From: Escherichia coli
Lineage (GTDB): Bacteria; Pseudomonadota; Gammaproteobacteria; Enterobacterales; Enterobacteriaceae
NCBI RefSeq assembly: GCF_003334335.1
Contig: NZ_QOWQ01000001.1
Length of the DNA: 64,000 nt
Reading direction: 5' to 3' (one strand)
This document shows positions 48,187 through 59,815 of the stretch, one piece after another. Numbering within the stretch: position 1 is the first letter of the stretch; every line of letters starts with the position of its first letter. Under the pieces are notes generated by a model. It saw only the letters and a list, made by a program, of their open reading frames with translations. It did not search any database and had not been told where the DNA came from. Both the position numbers and the translations under genes were made by a program.

Positions 48187-48732
48187 GTGGACGATTTGAC
48201 CGCACAAGCCCTGAAAGATTTTACTGCACGCTACTGCGATGCGTGGCATGAAGAGCATAAAAGCTGGCCGTTAAGTGAGGAACTGTACGGTGTTCCTTCA
48301 CCGTGCATTATTTCAACTACCGAAGATGCCGTATACTGGCAACCCCAGCCGTTTACCGGGGAACAAAATGTAAACGCGGTTGAACGCGCTTTTGATATTG
48401 TGATACAACCCACAATTCATACCTTTTATACGACTCAGTTTGCCGGGGATATGCACGCGCAGTTTGGCGATATCAAACTGACATTGCTGCAAACCTGGAG
48501 TGAAGACGACTTCCGTCGGGTGCAGGAAAATCTGATTGGTCATCTGGTGACTCAGAAAAGGCTAAAACTGCCGCCCACACTATTTATCGCGACGCTGGAA
48601 GAAGAGTTAGAGGTCATCTCGGTGTGTAATCTCTCCGGTGAAGTGTGCAAAGAGACGCTGGGAACACGTAAACGGACGCATTTAGCCTCAAATCTTGCGG
48701 AATTCCTTAATCAACTTAAGCCTCTTCTGTAA
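48187..48732 (+). CDS. syd: SecY-interacting protein Syd
   Basis: 181-aa ORF with GTG start. Confidence 0.9.
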
Positions 48733-48942
48733 TCCAAATACCCCATCTGGTTGTGAGAGATCTCTTACAGACTCTGTAGGAGATCGCTAGGAAATAAGCG
48801 AATACTTAAAAAGATAAGAATCGTTATTTTCATTTAAAATCAAAATGTTGATTGTTAATTCTTAACTTTCATATGAAATTTTCCTTAAGGCATTGTCTGT
48901 AAGCGCCTTGTAAGACTTCGCGAAAAAGACGATTCTATCTTC

Positions 48943-49310
48943 GTCGACAGGGAGTCAGACAACGAAGTGAACATCAGGATGATGACACTTCTGCAGGACA
49001 CACCAGGATGGTGTTTCAGGGAAAGGCTTCTGGATGAAGCGAAGAGGATGACGCAGGACGCGTTAAAGGACACCTCCAGGATGGAGAATGAGAACCGGTC
49101 AGGATGATTCGGTGGGTCAGGAAGGCCAGGGACACTTCAGGATGAAGTATCACATCGGGGTGGTGTGAGCAGGAAGCAATAGTTCAGGATGAACGATTGG
49201 CCGCAAGGCCAGAGGAAAAGTTGTCAAGGATGAGCAGGGAGCAACAAAAGTAGCTGGAATGCTGCGAAACGAACCGGGAGCGCTGTGAATACAGTGCTCC
49301 CTTTTTTTAT
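48943..49310 (+). ncRNA. csrB: CsrB regulatory RNA (CsrA-sequestering)
   Basis: About 368 nt starting GTCGACAGGGAGTCAGAC; at least 8 AGGATG hexamers plus further GGA motifs; ends in a GGGAGCGC...GCTCCC hairpin with T7 run. Confidence 0.85.
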
Positions 49311-49353
49311 TCCTGCTATCCTTCGCGGCAGTTTTTCTTATTGAGGTTGCTTT

Positions 49354-49683
49354 ATGACCACTCATGACCGCGTTCGTCTCCAGTTGCAGGCGCTTGAAGC
49401 GTTACTGCGTGAACATCAGCACTGGCGAAACGATGAACCCCAGCCGCATCAATTTAATAGTACCCAACCGTTCTTTATGGACACCATGGAACCACTGGAG
49501 TGGTTGCAGTGGGTGCTGATCCCGCGAATGCACGATTTGTTAGATAACAAACAGCCGTTACCGGGCGCTTTTGCCGTTGCACCCTATTATGAAATGGCGC
49601 TGGCGACGGACCATCCGCAACGCGCGCTTATTCTGGCTGAGCTGGAAAAACTGGATGCTCTTTTTGCGGATGATGCGAGCTAA
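49354..49683 (+). CDS. yqcC: DUF446 protein YqcC
   Basis: 109-aa ORF; stop overlaps truC ATG (TAATG). Confidence 0.85.
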   Translation: MTTHDRVRLQLQALEALLREHQHWRNDEPQPHQFNSTQPFFMDTMEPLEWLQWVLIPRMHDLLDNKQPLPGAFAVAPYYEMALATDHPQRALILAELEKLDALFADDAS

Positions 49684-50465
49684 TGCTGGAAATACTCTAT
49701 CAGGATGAATGGCTGGTTGCGGTAAATAAACCCTCCGGCTGGCTGGTTCACCGCAGCTGGCTGGATCGCGACGAGAAAGTAGTGGTCATGCAAACCGTGC
49801 GTGACCAGATAGGCCAGCATGTTTTTACTGCTCATCGTCTGGACCGACCCACTTCTGGTGTGTTGTTGATGGGATTATCCAGCGAGGCCGGACGGCTGCT
49901 GGCACAACAGTTTGAACAGCACCAAATCCAGAAACGTTACCATGCGATTGTGCGCGGCTGGTTGATGGAAGAAGCGGTGCTGGATTATCCACTGGTGGAA
50001 GAACTGGACAAAATCGCTGATAAATTTGCCCGCGAAGATAAAGGCCCGCAGCCAGCAGTGACGCATTATCGCGGTCTGGCGACCGTAGAAATGCCGGTAG
50101 CGACCGGACGTTACCCGACCACGCGCTACGGCCTGGTGGAACTGGAGCCGAAAACCGGACGCAAACATCAGCTTCGCCGACATCTTGCCCATTTGCGTCA
50201 TCCGATTATTGGCGATAGCAAACATGGCGATTTACGCCAGAATCGCAGCGGTGCTGAGCATTTTGGCCTCCAGCGGTTAATGCTACATGCCAGTCAGTTG
50301 TCATTGACGCATCCTTTTACTGGCGAGCCGCTGACTATTCACGCGGGCCTGGACGACACCTGGATGCAGGCGTTATCACAATTTGGCTGGCGCGGTCTGC
50401 TTCCTGAAAATGAAAGGGTTGAGTTCAGTGCGCCATCGGGTCAGGATGGAGAGATAAGTTCCTAA
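49683..50465 (+). CDS. truC: tRNA pseudouridine(65) synthase TruC
   Basis: 260-aa RluA-family ORF. Confidence 0.9.
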
Positions 50466-50482
50466 TCCAGGGAGAAAACGGT

Positions 50483-50932
50483 ATGGCGGAAATTGGTATT
50501 TTTGTCGGCACCATGTACGGGAATTCACTGTTAGTGGCCGAAGAAGCGGAAGCGATTCTGACCGCGCAGGGCCACAAAGCAACGGTATTTGAAGATCCTG
50601 AATTAAGCGACTGGCTGCCCTATCAGGATAAGTATGTTCTGGTGGTTACGTCCACGACCGGGCAGGGCGACCTTCCTGATAGCATTGTGCCACTCTTTCA
50701 GGGAATCAAAGATAGTCTGGGCTTCCAGCCGAATCTGCGTTATGGCGTGATTGCGCTCGGCGACAGTAGTTATGTGAATTTCTGCAATGGCGGCAAACAG
50801 TTCGATGCCTTGTTGCAGGAACAGAGCGCTCAGCGGGTTGGCGAAATGCTGTTGATTGACGCCAGTGAGAACCCGGAACCGGAAACGGAATCAAATCCGT
50901 GGGTCGAACAGTGGGGCACGCTGTTGTCCTGA
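50483..50932 (+). CDS. yqcA: Flavodoxin-like protein YqcA
   Basis: 149-aa ORF with flavodoxin-type N-terminus. Confidence 0.9.
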
Positions 50933-51366
50933 TATGTTCAGCGAGCGGTAAATGTCGTTTTAGCGGTGCTGAATCGAATCTTTTCAGGCAAATGCCAGTA
51001 AAAACTGCTTCATAGCGCGGATTTTTACTGGCGTTTGCCTGGAGTCAAGCGATCCATTTCATACTCTTCTTTATTTCTTCGTTTTAACCCTTCCTTTCTT
51101 GTTCTTGTTTTCATTTCCGTGAAGTGGATTCCACCGTCCAGGGCTAATGCCAAAATCGGGCCTCATTGAACGCATTAATGTTGTGTTGTTGCACGGTGAG
51201 CCGCTATGGCGCGCTTTTTATACTGCTATTGCCAGATATAAACACGCGCCGTATTCGGCGAACGACCTATAAAAACGGCAAAAAACACCCTACGTCACCT
51301 CTGATTTCCTGGCGATGTCGCAGTCCAGAGTGAGCGTGGCTAACGCGAATTTTCAGGAGTGCAACA

Positions 51367-52719
51367 ATGAGTTCTTTAAGTCAGGCTGCGAGCAGTGTGG
51401 AAAAACGCACAAATGCTCGTTACTGGATAGTGGTGATGTTGTTTATCGTCACATCCTTCAACTACGGCGACCGCGCTACGCTCTCTATCGCCGGTTCGGA
51501 AATGGCCAAAGATATCGGCCTTGATCCCGTGGGAATGGGCTATGTGTTCTCTGCTTTCTCATGGGCTTATGTTATCGGGCAGATCCCTGGTGGCTGGTTG
51601 CTGGACCGTTTTGGTTCAAAACGCGTCTACTTCTGGTCGATCTTTATCTGGTCGATGTTTACCTTGCTGCAAGGCTTCGTCGATATCTTTAGTGGATTCG
51701 GCATTATCGTTGCCCTGTTTACGCTGCGCTTCCTGGTCGGGCTTGCTGAAGCGCCATCTTTCCCCGGCAACAGTCGCATTGTTGCGGCCTGGTTTCCGGC
51801 GCAGGAAAGGGGAACGGCGGTGTCGATTTTTAACTCCGCTCAATACTTCGCAACGGTGATCTTCGCGCCGATTATGGGCTGGCTGACGCATGAAGTGGGC
51901 TGGTCACACGTCTTCTTCTTTATGGGCGGTCTGGGGATTGTCATCAGCTTTATCTGGTTGAAAGTCATCCACGAGCCAAATCAACATCCGGGGGTAAATA
52001 AGAAAGAGCTGGAGTACATCGCCGCGGGTGGTGCGCTGATCAATATGGATCAGCAAAACACCAAAGTTAAAGTGCCGTTCAGCGTGAAGTGGGGGCAGAT
52101 CAAACAGCTGCTAGGGTCACGGATGATGATCGGCGTTTATATCGGTCAGTACTGTATCAACGCCCTGACTTACTTCTTTATTACCTGGTTCCCGGTTTAT
52201 CTGGTGCAGGCACGCGGGATGTCGATTCTGAAAGCGGGCTTTGTGGCTTCCGTTCCGGCGGTTTGCGGTTTTATCGGCGGTGTGCTGGGTGGGATTATTT
52301 CCGACTGGCTGATGCGCCGCACGGGATCGCTGAACATTGCGCGTAAAACACCGATCGTAATGGGCATGTTGCTGTCGATGGTGATGGTGTTCTGCAACTA
52401 CGTCAACGTTGAGTGGATGATCATCGGCTTTATGGCGCTGGCCTTCTTCGGTAAGGGCATCGGGGCGCTGGGTTGGGCAGTAATGGCAGATACCGCGCCA
52501 AAAGAGATCAGCGGTCTTTCCGGTGGCCTGTTCAACATGTTCGGTAACATTTCTGGCATCGTCACGCCAATCGCAATTGGTTATATCGTTGGCACGACTG
52601 GCTCGTTTAATGGGGCGCTGATTTATGTTGGTGTTCATGCCTTAATCGCGGTACTGAGCTACCTGGTGCTGGTGGGCGATATCAAGCGTATCGAGTTGAA
52701 ACCTGTTGCGGGGCAATAA
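51367..52719 (+). CDS. gudP: Glucarate/galactarate transporter GudP (MFS)
   Basis: 450-aa multi-pass ORF. Confidence 0.9.
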   Translation: MSSLSQAASSVEKRTNARYWIVVMLFIVTSFNYGDRATLSIAGSEMAKDIGLDPVGMGYVFSAFSWAYVIGQIPGGWLLDRFGSKRVYFWSIFIWSMFTLLQGFVDIFSGFGIIVALFTLRFLVGLAEAPSFPGNSRIVAAWFPAQERGTAVSIFNSAQYFATVIFAPIMGWLTHEVGWSHVFFFMGGLGIVISFIWLKVIHEPNQHPGVNKKELEYIAAGGALINMDQQNTKVKVPFSVKWGQIKQLLGSRMMIGVYIGQYCINALTYFFITWFPVYLVQARGMSILKAGFVASVPAVCGFIGGVLGGIISDWLMRRTGSLNIARKTPIVMGMLLSMVMVFCNYVNVEWMIIGFMALAFFGKGIGALGWAVMADTAPKEISGLSGGLFNMFGNISGIVTPIAIGYIVGTTGSFNGALIYVGVHALIAVLSYLVLVGDIKRIELKPVAGQ

Positions 52720-52720
52720 G

Positions 52721-54061
52721 ATGGCGACACAATCCAGTCCTGTTATTACTGATATGAAAGTCATTCCGGTGGCAGGGCATGACAGCATGTTGCTTAATAT
52801 TGGTGGGGCACATAACGCATATTTCACCCGCAATATTGTGGTACTCACCGATAACGCCGGGCATACCGGCATTGGTGAAGCGCCGGGCGGAGATGTGATT
52901 TATCAGACGCTTGTCGATGCTATTCCGATGGTTCTGGGCCAGGAAGTTGCGCGACTGAATAAAGTGGTCCAGCAGGTGCATAAAGGTAATCAGGCCGCCG
53001 ATTTTGATACCTTCGGTAAAGGTGCCTGGACCTTTGAATTACGCGTTAACGCCGTGGCGGCGCTGGAAGCCGCTTTGCTTGACCTGCTAGGTAAGGCGCT
53101 GAATGTTCCGGTCTGCGAACTGTTAGGGCCAGGCAAGCAACGCGAGGCTATTACCGTCCTCGGTTATCTGTTTTATATCGGTGATCGGACCAAAACCGAT
53201 CTTCCTTATGTGGAAAATACGCCGGGCAACCATGAGTGGTATCAGTTGCGGCATCAGAAAGCAATGAACAGCGAAGCCGTTGTGCGTCTGGCGGAAGCCT
53301 CACAGGATCGCTACGGCTTTAAAGATTTCAAACTTAAGGGCGGCGTGTTACCTGGCGAGCAAGAAATCGACACTGTTCGTGCATTGAAGAAACGCTTCCC
53401 GGATGCGCGGATTACCGTTGATCCCAACGGTGCATGGCTGCTTGATGAAGCCATTTCTTTATGCAAAGGGCTGAATGATGTTCTTACCTATGCCGAAGAT
53501 CCATGCGGCGCAGAACAGGGCTTCTCCGGACGTGAAGTGATGGCGGAATTTCGACGGGCGACCGGCTTGCCCGTCGCGACTAACATGATCGCCACCAACT
53601 GGCGCGAAATGGGTCATGCGGTGATGCTCAATGCGGTAGATATTCCACTTGCCGATCCGCACTTCTGGACGCTTTCCGGTGCAGTCCGTGTGGCGCAGCT
53701 TTGCGACGACTGGGGGCTGACCTGGGGCTGCCATTCTAATAACCATTTCGATATCTCTCTGGCGATGTTTACCCATGTGGGCGCGGCGGCACCGGGTAAT
53801 CCTACCGCTATCGATACCCACTGGATTTGGCAGGAGGGCGATTGTCGCCTGACCCAAAATCCGCTGGAGATTAAAAACGGAAAAATTGCCGTTCCTGATG
53901 CGCCCGGTCTGGGCGTGGAACTGGACTGGGAACAGGTACAAAAGGCACATGAGGCCTATAAACGTCTGCCTGGCGGTGCGCGTAACGACGCAGGTCCGAT
54001 GCAGTACCTGATCCCCGGCTGGACCTTTGACCGTAAACGTCCCGTTTTCGGCCGTCATTGA
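52721..54061 (+). CDS. gudX: Glucarate dehydratase-related protein GudX
   Basis: 446-aa enolase-superfamily protein from ATG 52721; tandem paralog of gudD. Confidence 0.9.
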   Translation: MATQSSPVITDMKVIPVAGHDSMLLNIGGAHNAYFTRNIVVLTDNAGHTGIGEAPGGDVIYQTLVDAIPMVLGQEVARLNKVVQQVHKGNQAADFDTFGKGAWTFELRVNAVAALEAALLDLLGKALNVPVCELLGPGKQREAITVLGYLFYIGDRTKTDLPYVENTPGNHEWYQLRHQKAMNSEAVVRLAEASQDRYGFKDFKLKGGVLPGEQEIDTVRALKKRFPDARITVDPNGAWLLDEAISLCKGLNDVLTYAEDPCGAEQGFSGREVMAEFRRATGLPVATNMIATNWREMGHAVMLNAVDIPLADPHFWTLSGAVRVAQLCDDWGLTWGCHSNNHFDISLAMFTHVGAAAPGNPTAIDTHWIWQEGDCRLTQNPLEIKNGKIAVPDAPGLGVELDWEQVQKAHEAYKRLPGGARNDAGPMQYLIPGWTFDRKRPVFGRH

Positions 54062-54081
54062 TTCTGAAAAAGGACATAAAT

Positions 54082-55422
54082 ATGAGTTCTCAATTTACGA
54101 CGCCTGTTGTTACTGAAATGCAGGTTATCCCGGTGGCGGGTCATGACAGTATGCTGATGAATCTGAGTGGTGCACACGCACCGTTCTTTACGCGTAATAT
54201 TGTGATTATCAAAGATAATTCTGGTCACACTGGCGTAGGGGAAATTCCCGGCGGCGAGAAAATCCGTAAAACGCTGGAAGATGCGATTCCGCTGGTGGTA
54301 GGTAAAACGCTGGGTGAATACAAAAACGTTCTGACGCTGGTGCGTAATACTTTTGCCGATCGTGATGCTGGTGGGCGCGGTTTGCAGACATTTGACCTAC
54401 GTACCACTATTCATGTAGTTACCGGGATAGAAGCGGCAATGCTGGATCTGCTGGGGCAGCATCTGGGGGTAAACGTGGCATCGCTGCTGGGCGATGGTCA
54501 ACAGCGTAGCGAAGTCGAAATGCTCGGTTATCTGTTCTTCGTCGGTAATCGCAAAGCCACGCCGCTGCCGTATCAAAGCCAGCCGGATGACTCATGCGAC
54601 TGGTATCGCCTGCGTCATGAAGAAGCGATGACGCCGGATGCGGTGGTGCGCCTGGCGGAAGCGGCATATGAAAAATATGGCTTCAACGATTTCAAACTGA
54701 AGGGCGGTGTACTGGCCGGGGAAGAAGAGGCCGAGTCTATTGTGGCACTGGCGCAACGCTTCCCGCAGGCGCGTATTACGCTCGATCCTAACGGTGCCTG
54801 GTCGCTGAACGAAGCGATTAAAATCGGTAAATACCTGAAAGGTTCGCTGGCTTATGCAGAAGATCCGTGTGGTGCGGAGCAAGGTTTCTCCGGGCGTGAA
54901 GTGATGGCAGAGTTCCGTCGCGCGACAGGTCTACCGACTGCAACCAATATGATCGCCACCGACTGGCGGCAAATGGGCCATACGCTCTCCCTGCAATCCG
55001 TTGATATCCCGCTGGCGGATCCGCATTTCTGGACAATGCAAGGTTCGGTACGTGTGGCGCAAATGTGCCATGAATTTGGCCTGACCTGGGGTTCACACTC
55101 TAACAACCACTTCGATATTTCCCTGGCGATGTTTACCCATGTTGCCGCCGCTGCACCGGGTAAAATTACTGCTATTGATACGCACTGGATTTGGCAGGAA
55201 GGCAATCAGCGCCTGACCAAAGAACCGTTTGAGATCAAAGGCGGGCTGGTACAGGTGCCAGAAAAACCGGGGCTGGGTGTAGAAATCGATATGGATCAAG
55301 TGATGAAAGCCCATGAGCTGTATCAGAAACACGGGCTTGGCGCGCGTGACGATGCGATGGGAATGCAGTATCTGATTCCTGGCTGGACGTTCGATAACAA
55401 GCGCCCGTGCATGGTGCGTTAA
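54082..55422 (+). CDS. gudD: Glucarate dehydratase GudD
   Basis: 446-aa protein from ATG 54082; shares long identical blocks with GudX. Confidence 0.9.
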   Translation: MSSQFTTPVVTEMQVIPVAGHDSMLMNLSGAHAPFFTRNIVIIKDNSGHTGVGEIPGGEKIRKTLEDAIPLVVGKTLGEYKNVLTLVRNTFADRDAGGRGLQTFDLRTTIHVVTGIEAAMLDLLGQHLGVNVASLLGDGQQRSEVEMLGYLFFVGNRKATPLPYQSQPDDSCDWYRLRHEEAMTPDAVVRLAEAAYEKYGFNDFKLKGGVLAGEEEAESIVALAQRFPQARITLDPNGAWSLNEAIKIGKYLKGSLAYAEDPCGAEQGFSGREVMAEFRRATGLPTATNMIATDWRQMGHTLSLQSVDIPLADPHFWTMQGSVRVAQMCHEFGLTWGSHSNNHFDISLAMFTHVAAAAPGKITAIDTHWIWQEGNQRLTKEPFEIKGGLVQVPEKPGLGVEIDMDQVMKAHELYQKHGLGARDDAMGMQYLIPGWTFDNKRPCMVR

Positions 55423-55545
55423 GACAGAAAACCAAAACCGGCTCTATCTGGAGCCGGTTTGAGACTGATGCTAAACGCAAAATAGCCTGTTGTGCTATGT
55501 ATCAGGTCTACATCATTTTTTAATTCATTGAATTTAATTGGTTTT

Positions 55546-55580
55546 GTAGGCCGGATAAGGCGTTAACGCCGCATCCGGCA
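55546..55580. repeat. REP element between convergent gudD and barA
   Basis: GTAGGCCGGATAAGGCGTTAACGCCGCATCCGGCA. Confidence 0.5.
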
Positions 55581-55653
55581 TAAACACAGGCACTTTGTCA
55601 CCAATCTGAAACCAGCGTCATAAAAAGCCGATTGCTACTCGACAAGACATCCA

Positions 55654-58410
55654 TTACCCGAGAATTTTGCTGGCTTCGCGCGCGACATTATCCATCTCGT
55701 CCAACAGTTCCAGCAGCTCCGGTTCCAAATCTTCTTCTTTAGTACCGCTACGTAGCTGTTGTTCGATCAGTTGGCAGAGATTCTTCATACGTGGCACACC
55801 GCTATAGCCGCAACTGCCATGCAGTTTATGAATCAAATCAACCAGGCCTTCCGGGTTTTCTCCAACCAGCTGTTCCTCAACTTTGTTGCGAACTTCAGGC
55901 AGGAAATCGAGTAACATTTGCAGCATATCGCGCGCTAAATCGGTTTTTCCTGCTGCCTGGCGTAGTGCCAGTTGCCAGTCGAGGGTCGCATTCGGGTTCA
56001 CCACAATTTCGTTGACTTCGGGCGTCACGACGCGAGAGGAAATACCGCTGCCAGGCTTGTAGCGCAACAACAAATTATGCAATCGCTCTTCTTCAATCGG
56101 TTTCGCCAGATAATCGCTCATCCCTGCGCCAAGCAGCTTCTCTTTTTGCCCGGCCATTGCATGCGCCGTTACCGCGATAACCGGCGTTTGTTGCTGATGC
56201 GGGAGTTGGTGGATGAGTTCGCAGGCCCGAATGCCATCCATGTCCGGCATTTGAATATCCATTAAGATCAAATCGAACGGCATCTGTTTCGCCCGTTCAA
56301 CCGCCTGATGCCCGCTATCGCAAAGTTCCACATGTTGCACCATATCTTCCAGCAATGCGCCGATAAGTTTCAGGTTAGCGGGGTTGTCATCAACCGCCAT
56401 GACTGTCATTGCCAGCTTACTTTCATCGGTTACAGGCAAAAGCGTGTTTTGTTTGTGATGACAAAATTCCGTCAGGGCAGGCAACAGGCGTGTAGGTGTT
56501 AATGGTTTCAGCAGACACGCGCCGATACCATCTTGCTTGAGTTTTTCAGCATTGACTTGTGCATGGCAAGGAAGTGCCAGCATCAGGAAATCGGTCATCG
56601 ATACCGCTTTCGCTAATCGCTCATGTTGCATTGTTAGCGGCTCGCGGAAGGTCACCGCGATGCCTAACAACATCATGTCGTAATGCGCGGGAGGCAGCGC
56701 GGAGAACGTTGGGCTATAAACCACTTCCAGCGGCGTTTCACTTAAAATATCCAGCGTGCATTGCGCTGCTGCGGAGTTTGGTTCGACATAGGCCAGGCGC
56801 TTACCTGCGAGGCACTGGGTGGATGGCCCTTCGATAATAATGTTCGGGTTCAGATCGAGATTAATGTGGAACCAGAAAGTTGAACCGCGATTCGGCTGGC
56901 TATGGAACGAAATATCGCCGCCCATTTCATTAACCAGTTTTTGTGTAATCACCAGCCCCAGCCCGGTGCCACCATGACGGCGGGAAATACTGGCATCAGC
57001 CTGTCGGAAGGCCTGGAATAAGCGCGATTGATCGCGTTCAGGAATACCAATGCCGGTATCCCGAATCTGCACTTCAATCTGCACTTTGGTATTACTCAGC
57101 GCACGTTTTTCTACCAGAATATCAATGTTGCCATTCTCGGTGAATTTAATTGCATTCCCCACCAGGTTAGTGATGATTTGCTGTAATCGCAGCGGGTCGC
57201 CGATCACGTTATCAGGCACGTCGCTTTTAATATTGAGCGTCAGTTCTAACCCTTTATCGTGAGAAGAATGTGCCAGCAGAGTAACGACTTCATCCAGCGT
57301 GCTGCGTAGTGGGAATGGAATACTTTCCAGAATCAGCTTACCTGCTTCCAGTTTCGAGAAGTCGAGAACATCATTAATAATTGCCAGCAAATTATTTGCC
57401 GAACGTTCAATCGTATTCAGGTGATCGCGCTGCGTTGGTGTTAATTCTGTTTTCAGCGTCAGGCGGGTAAAGCCAATAACACCATTCAGTGGTGTACGCA
57501 GCTCGTGTGACATATTTGCCAGAAACTCGGATTTAATACGCGCCGCTTCCTGGGCGCGCTTTTTCGCCAGATCTAACTCAACGTTCTGAATTTCCATCTG
57601 CTCCAGCGTTTCACGCAGATCGGACGTCGCCTGGTCGATATTGTGCTGCATCTCTTCGTGATAAGCAGCCAGCGACATTGCCATCGAGTTGATACCGTTT
57701 TTCAGCATATCCAGCTCGCCGAGCATAAATCCTTCCACCCGGCTGTCGAGTTGCCCGCGACGGATGCGGTCGACGGTATTCACCATGTTGCGAATCGGAC
57801 CGGTTACATCGCGCATTAAGCGCCAGCCAAAAATAAGCGCAATACCGATACAAAACAGCATCATCACGCTGGAAATAAAGATCTCTTTATATTGCTGCAA
57901 GCGAACCGATTTAAGATCCAGCTCCAGCGCAATATATCCCAACATATTTTGACTATTTTTGGCATCGCTACTGGGCGATTCGTCGGGGGAGTAACTCTCA
58001 GAAATAATCGGCGTGCGGAGGATCATAATATCGCCGTCACGAGTGACAGTGAGCTGGCGAGGAAACGGCACGTTGCTGCCGAGCTGCATTGATGAGGGAT
58101 CAAGATGAAAATTGGAGGTGACAAAGAGTCGGTTATTTTCATCATAAACCGAAATCGCGCGAACAATATCGGAATGGCGACGATGCAGTACGCTTATTAA
58201 CTGACCGATAGATTCGCGATTTTGCAGGCTCATGCCATATTCAGTAGAAACTGCAAGCGGCTCAATAATGCTGGCACCGGCATCTTCCAGTTGACGCTGC
58301 AAGTCGTTATAGCGATGCACGACGAAAAAGATACTCAGCAATAAACCAATAAGGACGGTCGGTGCCAGGATCAGAATCATCATGCGTGCGCGCAGGCTGT
58401 AGTTGGTCAT
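55654..58410 (-). CDS. barA: Hybrid sensor histidine kinase BarA
   Basis: 918-aa ORF with kinase, receiver and HPt regions. Confidence 0.95.
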
Positions 58411-58466
58411 GGAGTTCCGTTATGGGACAATTAAGGTCACACTGTTAAATTGAGAAAGTCTCGCCA

Positions 58467-59768
58467 ATGGCGCAATTCTACTCTGCAAAACGACGCACGA
58501 CGACGCGTCAGATCATAACCGTTTCAGTCAACGACCTCGACTCTTTTGGTCAGGGCGTGGCGCGACATAACGGCAAAACGCTATTTATCCCCGGATTATT
58601 GCCGCAGGAAAACGCGGAAGTTACTGTTACTGAAGATAAAAAACAGTATGCCCGCGCTAAAGTCGTACGCCGGTTAAGCGATAGCCCGGAACGCGAAACG
58701 CCACGCTGTCCTCATTTTGGCGTATGCGGTGGCTGTCAGCAACAACACGCCAGCGTGGATTTACAGCAGCGAAGCAAAAGTGCGGCACTCGCCCGATTAA
58801 TGAAACACGATGTCTCTGAAGTGATCGCCGATGTTCCCTGGGGCTATCGCCGTCGCGCGCGTTTAAGTCTGAACTACTTACCGAAAACACAGCAACTTCA
58901 GATGGGGTTTCGCAAAGCGGGCTCCAGTGACATTGTCGACGTCAAACAATGCCCCATTTTAGCGCCCCAACTTGAAGCATTGCTGCCCAAAGTCAGGGCA
59001 TGTCTGGGCAGCTTACAAGCTATGCGCCATCTTGGTCATGTTGAACTGGTACAGGCAACCAGCGGCACGCTGATGATTTTGCGCCATACCGCACCGCTAA
59101 GTTCGGCAGATCGCGAAAAACTGGAACGCTTTTCGCATTCTGAAGGCCTGGATCTGTATCTCGCCCCCGATAGTGAGATACTCGAAACCGTCTCTGGTGA
59201 GATGCCCTGGTATGACTCAAACGGGTTGCGCTTAACTTTTAGCCCGCGCGATTTTATTCAGGTCAATGCGGGTGTGAACCAAAAAATGGTAGCGCGTGCG
59301 TTGGAATGGCTGGATGTGCAACCTGAAGATCGCGTACTGGATCTGTTCTGCGGTATGGGCAACTTTACACTGCCATTGGCGACACAAGCTGCCAGTGTGG
59401 TCGGTGTAGAAGGTGTTCCGGCGCTGGTGGAAAAAGGCCAGCAGAATGCGCGTCTTAATGGCTTACAGAATGTGACGTTTTATCACGAAAATCTTGAAGA
59501 AGATGTCACAAAGCAGCCGTGGGCGAAAAACGGCTTCGATAAAGTGTTGCTGGACCCGGCGCGAGCAGGTGCCGCAGGTGTTATGCAGCAAATTATAAAA
59601 CTGGAACCTATTCGTATAGTTTATGTATCCTGTAACCCTGCAACGCTGGCTCGGGATAGCGAAGCGTTATTAAAAGCAGGATATACCATTGCGCGACTGG
59701 CGATGCTGGATATGTTCCCACACACGGGACATCTGGAATCGATGGTACTTTTCTCGCGCGTTAAATAG
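58467..59768 (+). CDS. rlmD: 23S rRNA m5U1939 methyltransferase RlmD (RumA)
   Basis: 433-aa ORF with iron-sulfur cysteine cluster ([10 protein letters not shown]). Confidence 0.9.
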
Positions 59769-59815
59769 TTGCGATTTGCCGATTTCGGCAGGTCTGGTCC
59801 CTAAAGGAGAGGACG

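Noticed and set aside
48943-49310. Repetitive GGA-rich region that could be mistaken for a tandem repeat or novel element
   Set aside because: It is the CsrB sRNA; the repeated AGGATG motifs are its CsrA-binding sites.
51315-51524. 69-aa plus-strand ORF overlapping the gudP start
   Set aside because: Out of frame with gudP and spans its promoter and RBS; no support.
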